Shown here piece after piece: positions 35,850 to 49,331 of a stretch of 64,000 nt of DNA. Source of the stretch: Picochlorum sp. SENEW3 (lineage: Eukaryota); NCBI GenBank assembly GCA_034226945.1, contig CP120464.1:558001-622000 (forward strand), written 5' to 3'. Position numbers and translations under genes: made by a program. Below the pieces are notes generated by a model. The model made no database searches, was not told where the DNA came from, and saw only the letters and a list, made by a program, of their open reading frames with translations. How positions within the stretch are numbered: position 1 is the first letter of the stretch; every line of letters begins with the position of its first letter.

Positions 35850-36937
35850 TTATTGTGTTTGAGCTTTCTTCCCTCCAAGACCAGAAGGCTTTTTCTTCTT
35901 CTTTGTCTTCTTCTTCTGTGTATCATGCATTGCACTGGCAGGTGTGGAAGAAGAAGAGGGATCTGGAACCGAGACATCTGGTACTTTTTGATCGGTTCGA
36001 GAGAGAACTTTGGGGGCAGTGCCAGCGGCAGGCTTCTTGTTGAGCACTTGAGCAGGAGGCACTGGCTTTCCACCTGAAGAATCTTGCTTTTTCTCCTCCC
36101 CGGTCTGTTGAGCACCGCCTTTCTTCTTCTGATTCTTCTTCTTTCTTCTCTGATTCCCTCCCTTGTTTTTGTTGTCCTCCTCAGTGCTGCTCTTCTTTCC
36201 CTCCATCATCATGTTGTTCTCCTTCATCATCTTTTGCTTTGGGAGCCTCCCCTTTGAATCACCTGTCCTTGCTTTATTTTGGTTCCTTACTTGATCTTGA
36301 TACCTCTTCGTCAAAAACTCCATCAGTGGAGTCACTTTGGCACCTTCAGCAGAAGGTGCATTCTCCTGCCCTTCTTCCTCTTGAGTTGACACAACAGGAT
36401 GACCGTACACAGGCTTGCCCTCTGCTGCCTCCAACGCAGCACAAAAGTCCTTAAATCCCTTATCACACTCTATAGTCCCTTCCAACGTATTTTTCTTCCC
36501 TGTTGGCGCACCACCACGCCGATTCGGAGCATACATGACCACAACATGCTCCCCAGAAAACACCTCCTCTTCTATGCTTCTTTTGAAATCCCCAACCATG
36601 GCTTTTGGGCCCTTCCACCTCAAATACGCCCGCCCATCTCTCATAAATGATTTCCTACACACCACCCATAAAGAATATCGACTCTCATACCATCACATCA
36701 ACCAGAATTAACAAAAAAAGCCAGAGCCAGTGCAGGTATCACACACCTATCATTCCCAGGAATGAAATTGACCCGATCTACATGTTTCGACCATGCATAT
36801 GAGTCCAATGCCGTATGTAATTGTGCCTCAGTCAGTCCAACAGGCAGTCGACGGATAACCAATTTCAGACCAGGCTGGGAGTGACGCTTCTTCTTCGAAC
36901 GTGCTTGCTGCTCATTCGATACGCTCTCTTGTCCCAT
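35850..36937 (-). CDS. UPF3: Nonsense-mediated decay factor UPF3
   Basis: KLVIRRLP..LTE, RAYL, VMYAP, EGTIECD..F..F, TPLMEFL; one intron at about 36746-36655. Confidence 0.75.
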
Positions 36938-37142
36938 CGTCCATCTTTTTTTTACCAAATGGATTAATGTTGTCTAGAACCCATGACGTGACCTTGTTTC
37001 GATCGACTGCAATTCCGTATTTTGAACATCGACCGCAATTGCGGTTTTGCAATCTGACCGTCATGGCTACAAGAGATCCAAGGCACGGCGATGCCAATGT
37101 AATTATACTCTGCATTTTCAGATTCCAAGACACGTGTCTGGT

Positions 37143-38666
37143 ATGGCCGAGAATAATCGCCTCATTGTTGGGGTGTATCTGATATCCTTGGTGGTCAAAG
37201 TGCTGCTTATTCCAACCTACAGGTCCACGGACTTTGAAGTTCACAGGAACTGGTTGGCAATAACGCACTCGAAACCATATGGAGAATGGTACAGCGATGG
37301 CGCTTCAGCATCAGAATGGACATTGGATTATCCTCCACTGTTTGCATGGTTTGAGTGGGCTCTGTCCCAGTGCGGAGCTCTTGTGGACCCAGGCATGGTC
37401 AATGTAGACAATTTGGGGTATGAAAGCGATGCAACTGTCGTGTTTCAACGATTGACAGTTATTATGTCAGAAGTTGTGCTAGTGCTCGGCGCATTGTTTG
37501 CGATGCACGGGACCTCTATTAGCAAGAAGGCATTGGCAGTCTTTCTGGTGGCAGCACACCCAGGCCTCTACATTGTGGATCACATCCATTTTCAGTACAA
37601 TGGCATGTTGCTGGGTTTGTTAGCTTTATCAATATATTTTGCAACGTATGGAAATGATGCGCTGGCGACAGCAACCTTCACAGTGCTGTTGTGCATGAAG
37701 CATATTTACTTGTACGTCGCACCAGCCTTTGGGGCATATTATCTTGGGCTGTTATGGGATCTGCCACTTGTTCAGAGCGTCAGGCTATTCAGTACATTAG
37801 TTGCTATTGCATTGAGCGTATTAGCGGTGTCATTTGGACCATTCATAGGAAAAGGTATGCTGCCTCAGATTATTTCTCGGTTATTCCCTATTGAGAGGGG
37901 CCTGGTTCATGCATACTGGGCGCCAAATTTCTGGGCTCTCTATGCTGCGTTAGACAAAGGATTATCCGTCATGTTACCTGGCATTGGAATGGAGAGGTTC
38001 GTGAGCAGCACCAAGGCAAATTTGACCGGTGGCTTGGTGGGTGTGAGCTCCTTTTCAGTACTTCCTGAAGTGACATCATCCACGACCTTTATCATCACCG
38101 TGTGTGCCATGATGCCCGCACTCATTCAGATCTTTCGGAGACCATATCCTGGTACGCTTGTGGAGACTGTCGTGTACTGCTCTTTGTGTTCCTTTTTGTT
38201 CGGCTATCATGTCCACGAAAAGGCCATCCTCATGACACTCATTCCAATGGCCATCATGGTGGCCAAGGCTCGGCATGGAGATCGTATGGCTGGTCTGTAT
38301 ATGTTCTTGACAACGATCGGAACCTATTCCCTGTTCCCGCTGCTCACAGAGCCACAGGAATACCTCATAAAGGTGTTTCTGCTGCTGACATATCTGATCA
38401 TTGCTGTCCCTTGGCTCATGCGTGAGGGTGTTCTATCAACAACAGCCGGGCATAGCAGATTGGAGAAGATATATCTCATGGGTATAGTGCCTGTTGAGCT
38501 GTACTGCTCGTTTGGACATGGCATGGTATTCAAAGATCGGTGGCCTTTTATTCCATTGATGCTTATTTCAGTATACTCTGCCATTGGAATTGTGTACGCA
38601 TGGGGAGTCATGGGGATGTCGTACATTGGCACAGGTCAGCATAGAGAAAAGATTAAAATTAAATAA
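37143..38666 (+). CDS. ALG8: Dolichyl-P-Glc alpha-1,3-glucosyltransferase
   Basis: [53 protein letters not shown]. Confidence 0.95.
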   Translation: MAENNRLIVGVYLISLVVKVLLIPTYRSTDFEVHRNWLAITHSKPYGEWYSDGASASEWTLDYPPLFAWFEWALSQCGALVDPGMVNVDNLGYESDATVVFQRLTVIMSEVVLVLGALFAMHGTSISKKALAVFLVAAHPGLYIVDHIHFQYNGMLLGLLALSIYFATYGNDALATATFTVLLCMKHIYLYVAPAFGAYYLGLLWDLPLVQSVRLFSTLVAIALSVLAVSFGPFIGKGMLPQIISRLFPIERGLVHAYWAPNFWALYAALDKGLSVMLPGIGMERFVSSTKANLTGGLVGVSSFSVLPEVTSSTTFIITVCAMMPALIQIFRRPYPGTLVETVVYCSLCSFLFGYHVHEKAILMTLIPMAIMVAKARHGDRMAGLYMFLTTIGTYSLFPLLTEPQEYLIKVFLLLTYLIIAVPWLMREGVLSTTAGHSRLEKIYLMGIVPVELYCSFGHGMVFKDRWPFIPLMLISVYSAIGIVYAWGVMGMSYIGTGQHREKIKIK

Positions 38667-38673
38667 GACAAGG

Positions 38674-39390
38674 ATGAGAGTGATCAGATCGGGTACGCAG
38701 GGGGCAGTCAGGGCACAGACAGGGGCTAGGGCTTTGGTTGCCCATGTCGGTGTTCGAGGAAATAGGTGCGTCTGCATGGCCTTTCGGCATAGCCTGAGAT
38801 CTGCGCACCAAAGATATGGTATGAGAGATTCATGGAGATGGTGCAGAGTCGCTACGTATACGTTTGAGGGCAGGCCTCGTCAGCTGCACCACATGCGTCA
38901 GTCTGGTTTGGACTCGATTTGCGCATCAAGCACAGCTAGTAATCCATATGAGGCCCTTGAGTCGGTAACATGTGATTTGGATTCGTTTCCAGACTGCAAG
39001 TTCTTCAGAGTTGAGGCAATCGTCAGGCCCTGGAGGATTCCAAAGTTGGTGGAAGTTTTGAATTCTGCTGGCATTCGTGGCATGACGGTGTCGGATGTGC
39101 TTGGTGCTGGAGTTCAGGGAGGATCTCGAGAGAGATTTAGAGGGACCGAGTTTGGGAGTGTCGGGAATTTGTTGGTAGATAAGAGTAGAATTGATATTGT
39201 TGTGACGAGGGCACAGGTGGATGCTGTTGTCCGTCTGATTTGTACATCATGTTATACAGGAGAGGTTGGGGATGGGAAAATTTTTGTGCACCCTGTCGCA
39301 GAAGTAGTTCGAGTGCGTACTGGTGAGACTGGTGCTGTAGCTGAGCGTATGGCTGGTGGTATGTCAGATTTACAGAAAAGCACATTGTAA
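38674..39390 (+). CDS. GLB1: Plastid PII nitrogen-sensing protein
   Basis: Transit peptide; [39 protein letters not shown]-terminal AERMAGG Q-loop extension. Confidence 0.95.
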   Translation: MRVIRSGTQGAVRAQTGARALVAHVGVRGNRCVCMAFRHSLRSAHQRYGMRDSWRWCRVATYTFEGRPRQLHHMRQSGLDSICASSTASNPYEALESVTCDLDSFPDCKFFRVEAIVRPWRIPKLVEVLNSAGIRGMTVSDVLGAGVQGGSRERFRGTEFGSVGNLLVDKSRIDIVVTRAQVDAVVRLICTSCYTGEVGDGKIFVHPVAEVVRVRTGETGAVAERMAGGMSDLQKSTL

Positions 39391-39407
39391 ATACAACTTT
39401 GATATTC

Positions 39408-41385
39408 CTACTCCTTCTTGCTCTTCTTTTTGCTCTTTTTCTTGCTGCTACTAGTGTCTTCATGTTCGTCCCTCTTCTTTTTCTTCTTCTTCTCCTTCTT
39501 TTTCGTTTCTTTGTCCTTCTCGTCCTGCGTCTTTTTCTTCTTCTTCTTGTCCTGTTTGTCTGATGATAACAAGGCTTGTTGTGTTTCCTTTGAATCGTTG
39601 GACCCGAATAAATCTTCAAATTCCTTCTTCGTTGCTTCTACAGATTCAAAGCGATGCTCCCATCCTTTCTCATCCTTCTTCACATCATCAACCCGGCACC
39701 TTTGAAGAAGAGCAGGTCCACGATGCGTACCAGCAATCCGTTCCTCTGCCTGTGCGAGTTCCAGGGCGATCTGTTTCTTCTCTGGTGCTCCAGCTATTCC
39801 AAAGCATGTATCTACAAATTTATTTCCAGACCCAAATGACGCAACATCTGCCCACGCTCCATCAATTTTCCTGATGAGGTCATGTGCCCGTCGTGCCCCT
39901 GTGTCCTCATGCTGCAAATATGCTTCCAGCACTCTACATCCTCCAGCATCCAAGGCAATCTGAGCAACCTCCTTATTCGAAAGATTCTCTAACGCCTTAT
40001 TCCACTCAACAGCCATACCCTTTGGGTACTGGAAGAGAGACACCAGCGCTGCACACCCCAGCGGAGAAAGCCTGCCAGTCTGCCCACCAAGCTCCACAGT
40101 TGTATCCAGGGTGATCAGACTATGCAACGGCGTCTTTGCATCTTTAAATGACGTATTCAATGCATCCCATAACGTTTTGGAACACTCGGACTGCAAACAA
40201 TTCAATCTCGCAGCTGCAGCAAGCAACACAGTCACCACTCCTCCTCTCCGACCCAACAGCAACCCACCAAAACAATCCTTCAAATCTTCAAACATTCGTT
40301 TCAATTGCTGCGATTTTTTAACATGAGCAATGGCTGCTTGGACCGTAAAGTTGGCCGATGGATGCTGTGCTAATGCTGGAAGTCTTCCTTTGAAACCATT
40401 CGTACACAGCTTGCTAAACAACCCATCAGGGGCAGCCAACAGAGCCGCCTCCACTATATGACTGCCAGATCTATCCGTCATCAATCTATACAACGTATCA
40501 GACGTGATAGAATCAGCACCAACTGCAGGATTCCCTCCAAGCAAACATATAACAACATCTGATCGCAGCTGCTCATCCCCTACTCGCCCAACACCCTCCA
40601 ATAATGCCTTTAAAAACGGACCAGCGAAAGGACTCGTCTGTAAATCGTGAATATCCTTCACCGTCACCTCATCCGATACAAATTGCTTGCACACCTTGTC
40701 CAACAAATCCACCCTCGGGGCAACCGATGGACCACTCCCCTGCCCACCATCCACCTTTTTCGCAAGATTCATCCTCGCACCATGTGCATACGATCTATTA
40801 TCGCTTTGTGCATTCTTCCTGTTCTTCTGCGACGAGGATGGATCCCTCAGCTCTCCACACAACACACCCACCAACCTCCTCCCAACAAAAGATCCATACT
40901 TTGAACTAATCATATCAAACAGATGCGCACACGCCACATCGGTAAACCCCTCCAGCACATCATCCAATTCCCAACGGTCATAGTACGTTCGCCTCACAAT
41001 CGTATCCAACAATGTCTCCAACACATGAGACCCAAATGGACCCCTGCACCACAATTCCACTCAGTACCCATTAAGTAAGCCATCAGAACACATAGATAAC
41101 CTACGATGTACATATAAGACCCAGATTATCGTCCTTGATGCAAATCCCAGCAAACTGTTTCAATTGCGCATGCGATGCATGACCAATCAAAGCCTCGACG
41201 ATCCGACTACACTCTGCATCCGTCACAATATCCACTTCCCTCCCCTGAATCTCTTCAAAGACATTCCCAATCAGTATCTCCTGCTCCTCAGACGACGATC
41301 CATCCTCCACGAGTGTTTTAAAATGAGCGTCAACCTCTCGAAAGTATGATTGCGTTTCTGAATCTAATCGACTGTATCGCTCCAT
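39408..41385 (-). CDS. NOP9: Nucleolar PUF protein NOP9/APUM23
   Basis: LDSETQSYF, SRIVE, GSHVLETL, GSHIVEA, ANFTVQ; Lys-rich tail; one intron near 41104-41045. Confidence 0.85.
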
Positions 41386-41408
41386 TCTAGTTCTACATGT
41401 AAAAAGTA

Positions 41409-42407
41409 TTATTCATTATCAGGCTGGTGTGGACGAATCAGGACAACCTGCTGCGGCAATGGACTCTCCACGGTCAGGTACAAGTAATGATATTTATACT
41501 CCTGGCCCTCCTTGTACATATCCGCATGCACAACAGCCCTACCAGAAGGACCCTTGGCATGAAACTGCAACTGAACATGCTCAACGCCATTCGCATCATT
41601 ATAGATACGATGAGGAATGCGCTGACGAGCTGATCTATTACGAGACTCTGTCCCATAGGCATGAATGGGGCTTCCCAACCGAATAGTCACCCGAGGATCA
41701 TCTTCAATCCTCGCCAAAGCTTTGGAATAACACGTGTATTCTTTGGGGGAAAATAAAAGCTCCGAAAACGCAGCATACAGCACGGCCGCTGCAAACCCGA
41801 GCGCTGCGATAATCACCAGGGTGTAGGATGTCCCCTCCACCACTGACATTGGGCGCTGAGGAATCTTGTCTGTAATAGCACTAAACTCCTCCTCATCGTC
41901 AATCACCAAATCTTTGCTTGACTCCTTGCGATCAGACGATCCATCACCACCATGCTGATGTTTTGCATCCCCTCTATTGCTACTACTCGTGCTGCTGCTG
42001 AACTGCCGCTCCTCAACCCGATACCCTCTACCACCATGCTGCCGCATCGAACACAGACTACTATTATAACTGCTACTAAGACTCCTCTTGATACAGTGTC
42101 CAGTATCGCGAGGCAAGAAGGAAGAAGAAGACAAGCAGCGTCTCCACCACCCCCCACCTGGTCCCAAGCCTTGCCGCATCGTTACAGGCATATATCCTGA
42201 CGAAGGCACCGATAATCCTATAAAGGTGAAATTATTACATAATAAAACCCATCGATACCATCAATACGCCTAAAGTAATCAAAGCGTACCGAACAATCCA
42301 TGAACGACGCTAGCTGATGATGACGCTGTCCCACCTTCAGCAAAGGCAGCAGCAGCCACAGCCGCGCTGTTTCTAAACAGTGTGAGCAATGAACCCTTCC
42401 GTGACAT
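41409..42407 (-). CDS. TIM21: Mitochondrial import inner membrane translocase subunit Tim21
   Basis: TM helix then ELLFSPKEY...RLGSPIHAYG.ESRNR.ARQRI; probable short first exon from ATG 42407. Confidence 0.88.
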
Positions 42408-42633
42408 TATTATTCTACATAAATAGCAACAATCACACAGACAAGGTTTGGTATTCGTAGGATTATTCCGTATTTTGAATGCATTGCTCTCCCTAAATGA
42501 ATACATTATGTATATATAAATTCATTGCATCCATGATTGTCATTCAGACAGTCCTAGCAATATACTTTTACTTATATAGTAATCATGATGGCATATATCA
42601 CACTGGATTCGTAGCATAGGTGGGGGATACAGG

Positions 42634-44211
42634 ATGAACGTGCAATCTCCTCGGGTGCGTGGTCCAACCACCTCCTTGCCTGGGAGTAGCGGTGGATTCC
42701 AGCCCACTGGATTGGCTATGAAGAAGTCAAAGCCTTTAACGATGCTCCCATTGATCGCATTGATATTCTATGATGTGTCTGGGGGGCCATTCGGGATTGA
42801 GGATGCGGTGCGTGCCGGAGGGGCTCTGTTGGCAATTCTGGGATTTATGGTGTTGCCTCTTGTATGGAGTGTTCCTGAGGCGCTCATTACCTCTGAATTA
42901 GCGACAGCGTTCCCTGAGAACAGCGGATTTGTGGCATGGGTGACTGCAGCATTTGGTCCTTGGTGGGGGTTTCAGGAGGGCTTTTGGAAGTGGTTGAGCG
43001 GGGTGACGGATAACGCGGTGTATCCGGTTATTTTCCTCACGTATTTGCAGCAGGTTGTTCCTGTATTGGAGGAAGGTATATTGCGAGTGGTTGTCCTGGT
43101 TGGAGTGAACATGGGGTTGACGTATTTGAATTATAGGGGGTTGCATGTGGTTGGGAATGCTGCCATTGGGATGACAGTGTTTACCCTCCTGCCCTTCATC
43201 ATCATGTGCTTGGCTGGTATTCCTCATGTGGATCCAAAGAATTGGTTTGAAATTGGAGATTGGAATAGCATTCAATGGATTCCTTTTCTGAATGTGATGT
43301 TTTGGAATCTGAATTATTGGGATACAGTGTCCACCTTGGCAGGGGAGGTGGAGTCTCCTGGAAAGACATTCCCCAAGGCTTTGGGTATTGCGGTGGTGCT
43401 GGTGGTGCTGGCGTATCTTCTTCCGTTGTTAATAGGTATTGGTGTGGTATCGACATCAGGAGATTGGACGCTGGGGTACTTTGCTGGTGTGGCTGACAAG
43501 GTTGGGGGATCGTGGCTCGCGTGGTGGGTGGTGATGGCTGCGGCTGTGAGTCAGCTGGGGCAGTTCCAGGCTGAGATGAGTACAGATTCATATCAGTTGT
43601 TAGGTATGGCGGAGAGGGGGTTTATTCCCGAAATCTTTGCCCGTAGAAGTGAGCATGGAACCCCCACCATGGCAATCTTGTGTAGTTCACTGGGCATCAT
43701 GACCATGGCCAGTTTCGACTTTCTGGAAATCGTGCAGCTTTTAAATATAGTATATTGTATGGCAGAACTCTTGGAATTCTTAGCATTCTTGTGGCTTCGG
43801 ATCAAGTATCCTGACCTGAATAGGCCTTTTCGAGTCCCATTGTCCACCATGGGGTGCATTGCCATGCTCACACCAGCCATGCTGTTGTTGGGCCTCATGC
43901 TGCTGCTCCCAATCATTCAGGGCCAATGGGAAGTACTGGTATTCACGATAGCTGCTGTATTGGTAGGATCGCTGTTGTATCCATTACTACAGTATGCTCG
44001 TGAACAAGGGTGGTGTCAGTATTCCTCCATGACACCAGAAGATTTCAAAGCCCACTTGTACACGCTGTATGGTGGGAGCAGCAGTATGGAGGATCTCATC
44101 ATAGAAGACGGCAGCCCAGATGGTGGTCTTGGATTTCCTGGTGACGTGGAAGAAGAAGAAGAAGACGCGGGAGAGCGCCAGAATCTCTTGCCACAGGCAC
44201 CGCCTCGGTGA
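42634..44211 (+). CDS. Polyamine transporter (PUT/LAT, APC superfamily)
   Basis: LIFYDVSGGPFGIED, PEALITSELATAFPEN, WNLNYWD, RPFRVP. Confidence 0.9.
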   Translation: MNVQSPRVRGPTTSLPGSSGGFQPTGLAMKKSKPLTMLPLIALIFYDVSGGPFGIEDAVRAGGALLAILGFMVLPLVWSVPEALITSELATAFPENSGFVAWVTAAFGPWWGFQEGFWKWLSGVTDNAVYPVIFLTYLQQVVPVLEEGILRVVVLVGVNMGLTYLNYRGLHVVGNAAIGMTVFTLLPFIIMCLAGIPHVDPKNWFEIGDWNSIQWIPFLNVMFWNLNYWDTVSTLAGEVESPGKTFPKALGIAVVLVVLAYLLPLLIGIGVVSTSGDWTLGYFAGVADKVGGSWLAWWVVMAAAVSQLGQFQAEMSTDSYQLLGMAERGFIPEIFARRSEHGTPTMAILCSSLGIMTMASFDFLEIVQLLNIVYCMAELLEFLAFLWLRIKYPDLNRPFRVPLSTMGCIAMLTPAMLLLGLMLLLPIIQGQWEVLVFTIAAVLVGSLLYPLLQYAREQGWCQYSSMTPEDFKAHLYTLYGGSSSMEDLIIEDGSPDGGLGFPGDVEEEEEDAGERQNLLPQAPPR

Positions 44212-44365
44212 TGCCTCTAGAGGCTGAGGTCAGACGTGATGAACGAGTCCTGTGTACTAAAATCATCATATTAAGGAATTTCGATGCCATGATACCACAA
44301 CGCACTCTACGGTCGCTGTATATTCTTAATAGATTAATATTAATAGATATAGAACACGCATAGAG

Positions 44366-45769
44366 ATGAATAAGGAGGAGATACCGTATGAGGTTGGCAT
44401 AGAGGCAATTGGCGCGGGTAGGTGGTTGGAAGGACGTTTACGAGTCATAGCCTTTCTGCGTCTTCTACACGCATTCTATATGTTCTTGACTATTTTCAAT
44501 TTTATTTTACAGAGGGTTTGGATGTTGAGGAAGGGGCACTTGTTAGTTTCATGTGGAAGAGGAATGACATGTTCTATCTCTCAGAGACTGGGGAAGTCTG
44601 GGAGCATGGGATTGTGTATTGGGATGCATGCAGTAGCCAGGTATGTGCTCTTGATGCTTATGGTAGTGGAAGATTTCATGTAATCAACCAGGGTGGTGGG
44701 TGTGCAGACATGTTGCTTTGAAAAGATTGGGGAGGAGGAGGTCAAGGCCAAGTATCTCAAGTTGTTTGTCCAGCTGGTGCCGATCGGGCCCGATGGGCTG
44801 CCTACAGATTTTGGTACGACGATTGCGTCTGGATATATCAATCTGTCGGATCTGATCATGCGTGAACACACGGATGGAGAGGACACAGAAGATGGCATTC
44901 TCAAGGTGCCTTTGAATCCACGAGGATGTATGAATCTGCGGGTGACCATGTCCAAGGTGGATGGGGATTCGTCGTTGCCTCAGCTTGTGGGGGAGGAGGC
45001 GCAGGGGTCTGATTGTCAAACGCCGGAAGCAGAGTATGTGGATGGGCATGTGAATGGGACTCCAATGCTGAAAAAAATGATGCCTGTAGACCAAGACTAT
45101 TCCACACCAACGTCAACCATGTCGTCGAGTCTGGTGAACCAGTCATCTGATGCCGGCGTAGAAAATGGCGATGATGCATCTCTGCTGAGAAAGCTGAAGA
45201 GGATGACAAAGCAGTGTGAGGAGGCCAGGGCCAGGGCATTTTCAGAGGCATCAGTGGCACTGCAGAGAGGTATCGAGATTGATAATCTACGTACGTGCTT
45301 TTTCAACTGTATTCGTGTGTATTTGATAGCATGTGAAATTTCCGTGGTTGCTGTGTCTGCAGAGAGGGCAAAAGATGTGCTGATGCGCCGGTTGGAGACT
45401 GCAGAACAGCAATTGATGACCATGATGAAACAAGACTTGTCGGCGACGCTGCAGCAGAGTGGTCAAGTAGGAATGACTGCGAATACTGAGGCTTTGATTC
45501 ATACACTGGCAGAGACAAAGGTGGCTCTGGCAGAAAAAGAGTTTGAGGCAATGGAGCTTCAGGGGAAATTGAGAGCTCGAGAGGCGCATATTGAAGCGTT
45601 GACTATGCATTTGGATGCCATTCGGCAGAAAGCAGAGAGCGATAGTATTCAAGCGATGAATCGTTTGTCGCTGCAAGAAGAGCATGAGATAGAGGTACCC
45701 ACAAAGGCACAAGAGAATGATTGCAATGCAACACACATAGTCCATGTCAATGCATCTGTGGTGCACTAG
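44366..45769 (+). CDS. Putative NT-C2 domain protein with C-terminal coiled coil (spliced)
   Basis: VSFMWKR...GIVYW, SGYINLS; coiled coil LIHTLAETKVALAE. Exon structure approximate. Confidence 0.45.
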
Positions 45770-45773
45770 CCTA

Positions 45774-47551
45774 TTACCTTGTTGAATATATATAGTTCTG
45801 GTAGGAAAACATGAGTCTTGCTGCGCAATAGAAACTCGTCAATGATGTGATAACCAAGAGTGGAGATGATACCAATTCCTGTATCAGAGGCAGGAGACCA
45901 TCCAATCCCACGACAAATCCCACCATATTTCCACACATTAATGCTGCAATATTTAGCGATGCTACCATCCCCTGAACAACTCGCAATAAATCTGGTTGAC
46001 GTCGCAACCAGTCCCACCTAGGATGATTGGCAAAATCATGCTTGATGACAATCTCTGGCAGAAATGCTAGACACATGAGTGATGCCCATCCCAAAAGCCT
46101 CCAATCAATATCATGCCATAATGCGACAAAGAAGAAAATCGGCCAGATCACGTATACCTGATTTCGCGCACCACCGAATGGAATGTACATGTACCGCACA
46201 AGCCACTGGTTGAATGATGCATGCCAATTCTTCCAAAACCCTTGAACATCATAGTTCATTGCAAAACATTTCTTCATATTTTCCGGCGGATCTATTCCTT
46301 CAATTAAAGCAACGCTTCTGAAAAATCTCCAAATCACAGTGAATTTGAGCCACATGAAGGACAATGTCCACCACCCTGTCATGGCCACCTGCAGGGCGTT
46401 ATACTCAAGGCCATGAGGTTTATACTTTAGGCCTATTTTATGAACTGCGATGGAGTTAAAATACATGAAATGGGTAAGAACTTCAATGCATAGGATATCC
46501 AGAAGACATCGGCCGAGATACACCAGTATTCGACGAATGGATGCAGACTCTGAGAGCCTGGCCCACCACGGATGCTGAGATGCACCCTTGTGTTCCTCGG
46601 CACCAACCACTTGCCACACGAAATCATTGTAACATATAATAGGCCCAGCAATATACAGAGGGGGGTACAATGCGTGGGCCATACATGGCAAGTATCCATA
46701 CAAGTCTTTTGATGCCAGAGACTTTTGCCTACGTATCCGCCGAGCATCCTCACAAGATGGTGCCCCCGTGTTCCGAGCACCAGCATCCTCATCGTCCTCG
46801 CTCCAAAGCATGTCCATGGAGTAACTAATCATTCGCAACATGGTCAGATTGTAGCATATTTCCCAACGAAACACTCCCCTGTATTCAGCAAAGAAACCTG
46901 GAGACATGGACAAGAATCCATCTGTAATCCTAATGATGAGTAACAGCACCACATTAGAGATCCACACGCATGCCATGCTTACAGTGCGATGTTTACCCAC
47001 CAACGTTTGAGTGAGAGCCCAGTTATACGTAACAAGCAGCAGAACATAAAGGGCACAGGCACCATGAAGGTATGCCAAAAAGACAACTGACCATGCAAGC
47101 ATGTACATCATGCGATACCTATACCCCATCCTAAAACCATGTCGAAACACCCGAGATGTACTTCCAAAAGCTAAAAATACAATAGATAGTGCAGGAAGCG
47201 ATGAACGAAATCCCCTCCATTGTGCATCAGAGAGATCCTGCAAGGCATACCACCTTATTCAATCGATACAGCAAGACACTCTCCGAGATGTTGCCCACGC
47301 ACCACTGATCTTCCTCCAATCCATCCGTGTTGCAACTGTGGGGCCTTTCCTTCCCATGGCCCACCGAGATCAAATTGTGCTGAGAAGGAATACCCCTCCA
47401 CCACCAATTTCACAAAGCAGACCAGAACAACCTGGAGTCAAACGCCCCACATAAACATAACACGCTGCATAAAGACATCAGTGAAAACAACATTCATACG
47501 CACCAATGCATAGACAGCATCCCTACCACCATGGCCAAGGTGTGAGATCAT
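45774..47551 (-). CDS. MBOAT O-acyltransferase, GUP1-like
   Basis: DLSDAQWRGFR, LRMISY, YPPLYIAGPI, FWKNWHASFNQWLVRYMYIP, FVALWHD. 5' exons approximate. Confidence 0.88.
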
Positions 47552-47829
47552 TTTTAACCAGACAAGTATGAACTCAACTAATACTTGCTGGTATCAGGTA
47601 GCAAACACTGAGCGCTCTCTCATCCTTCATTCTACCACAAGCGCTCAATCATACGATTCATATAGTGATTTCGAAATGAAATCGAGTGTCCAGGGACAAT
47701 CCCTAGCACCGGCAACCGGAACAATGCATCAAAATATGTCGTATTTCGATATATTGAAAACCCAAAATTCCTGTTGATGGGTGTCGATTGACGTAGGATT
47801 CGATGGATGAATAAAACCTAGTTTTTACT

Positions 47830-49154
47830 ATGAATGGGATACAGCAGTACGTAGGATCGGTGGCTGCTTCTATTCGCCAAGAAAATGGTACGTTTCCAAA
47901 CAAATGCTTCTTTTGTGGCAACGAGCGCAGGCTAGATTCTTGATAATGACTCCATATGTATCAAATTCAGGTTTCAAACTAAGAGAACTGCTGTCGTTGC
48001 ATTATGAGCAGTCGAGGAGGGCAGTTGCGACGGTTCTTTCTCAGCAACCACACTGGAGAGCTTCCTCAGGAGGTGTATGCAGGGGACTGGTGTCCCCATG
48101 GGACGAGTTTTTAGAGTGTCACTTGTCGACATTGGTATGTTTAGAGAAGGGACAGTATGTGGAAGCGTATGAGAGTGCAATTGCAGGGTTGCAGCCATTT
48201 CTGAAAGTGTTTCGGGAAGATCAGGGTTCGTGGCTGGTCCATCCCATGTATAGTGTTGTACATAATCTTCGCGATGTGGCGGAGAAAGGAGATGATCAGT
48301 TGAAAGTACAAGGGAAGAAGCAGGGCAAGTTGGTGGACTGTGGGGACCAACTGCGAAAGTGTTTCAGTGTGTCTCTGCAGGCACCTGGAAATAAAGACAA
48401 AAAGCTTGCAGCGCTGGATATCGTGAATGTGTCGATCAAAATATACTTCAAGTTGAACACCCTCCGTCTGTGCAAGAATTTGATACGTACGGTGGAGAGT
48501 AAACAATTTCCTCCGTTTGATGTGTTCCCTGTATCACAGAGGGTCACCTATAGATTCTACTTGGGCAGGCTTGCTGTGTTTGATGAAAAGTACGAGGATG
48601 CGCAAGAGTCATTAGAATATGCGTTGCTCCATTGTCATAAAAATGCAAAGAAGAATAAAGCGCTGATTTTGAAGTATTTAATTCCAGTGGGACTCTTGTT
48701 GGGGAAACTACCCTCCTCGCAGCTATCACAGCATTATTCAGATATCCTTGCGCCATACATGCCAATTGCTGATTCTTTAAAATCAGGGAATATTGGAATG
48801 TTTTATGACTCGATGAAGAAACAGAGAAATAGATTGATACGCGATGGGACCTACCTGCTGCTAGAAAAGTTGCAAGCAGCTGTGTATCGTAGGCTCTTGA
48901 GGAAAGTATGGCTCATTCATGCACAGCAAGACCAAGCAAAAGCTGCACAGATACCACTCGTGTATTTTCAAAAAGCATTACAGGTTGCTGGGATAGATAT
49001 TGAGATGGATGAGATAGAGTGCATTGCTGCAAATCTGATTGCTCGCAAGTATGTCAAGGGATATATTAGCCACAAGCTCAAGGTCATGGTGGTTCACAAA
49101 ACATCCCCATTCCCACCCTTGACTGAAGCGATTCTTGTCGATGATACTGTGTAA
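47830..49154 (+). CDS. PCI-domain protein PCID2/THP1 (TREX-2)
   Basis: KIYFKLNTLRLCKNL, VTYRFYLGR, ECIAANLI..KYVKGYISH, PFP; short first exon MNGIQQY. Confidence 0.85.
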
Positions 49155-49331
49155 TTGATGTATGAATGTGTCTGTTTTCTAATCAGTCAAAACTTGATTG
49201 ACTGGAGTCAACAAGGGGCACACATTAATTAATGAGCTTTGATTGGTTGTTTAACGAACTCGTTGCGATTAAAAGCACATTTCTTCTACATACGAACTAC
49301 ATCTATAGTACTTGTTATTCACAGTGCCAAC

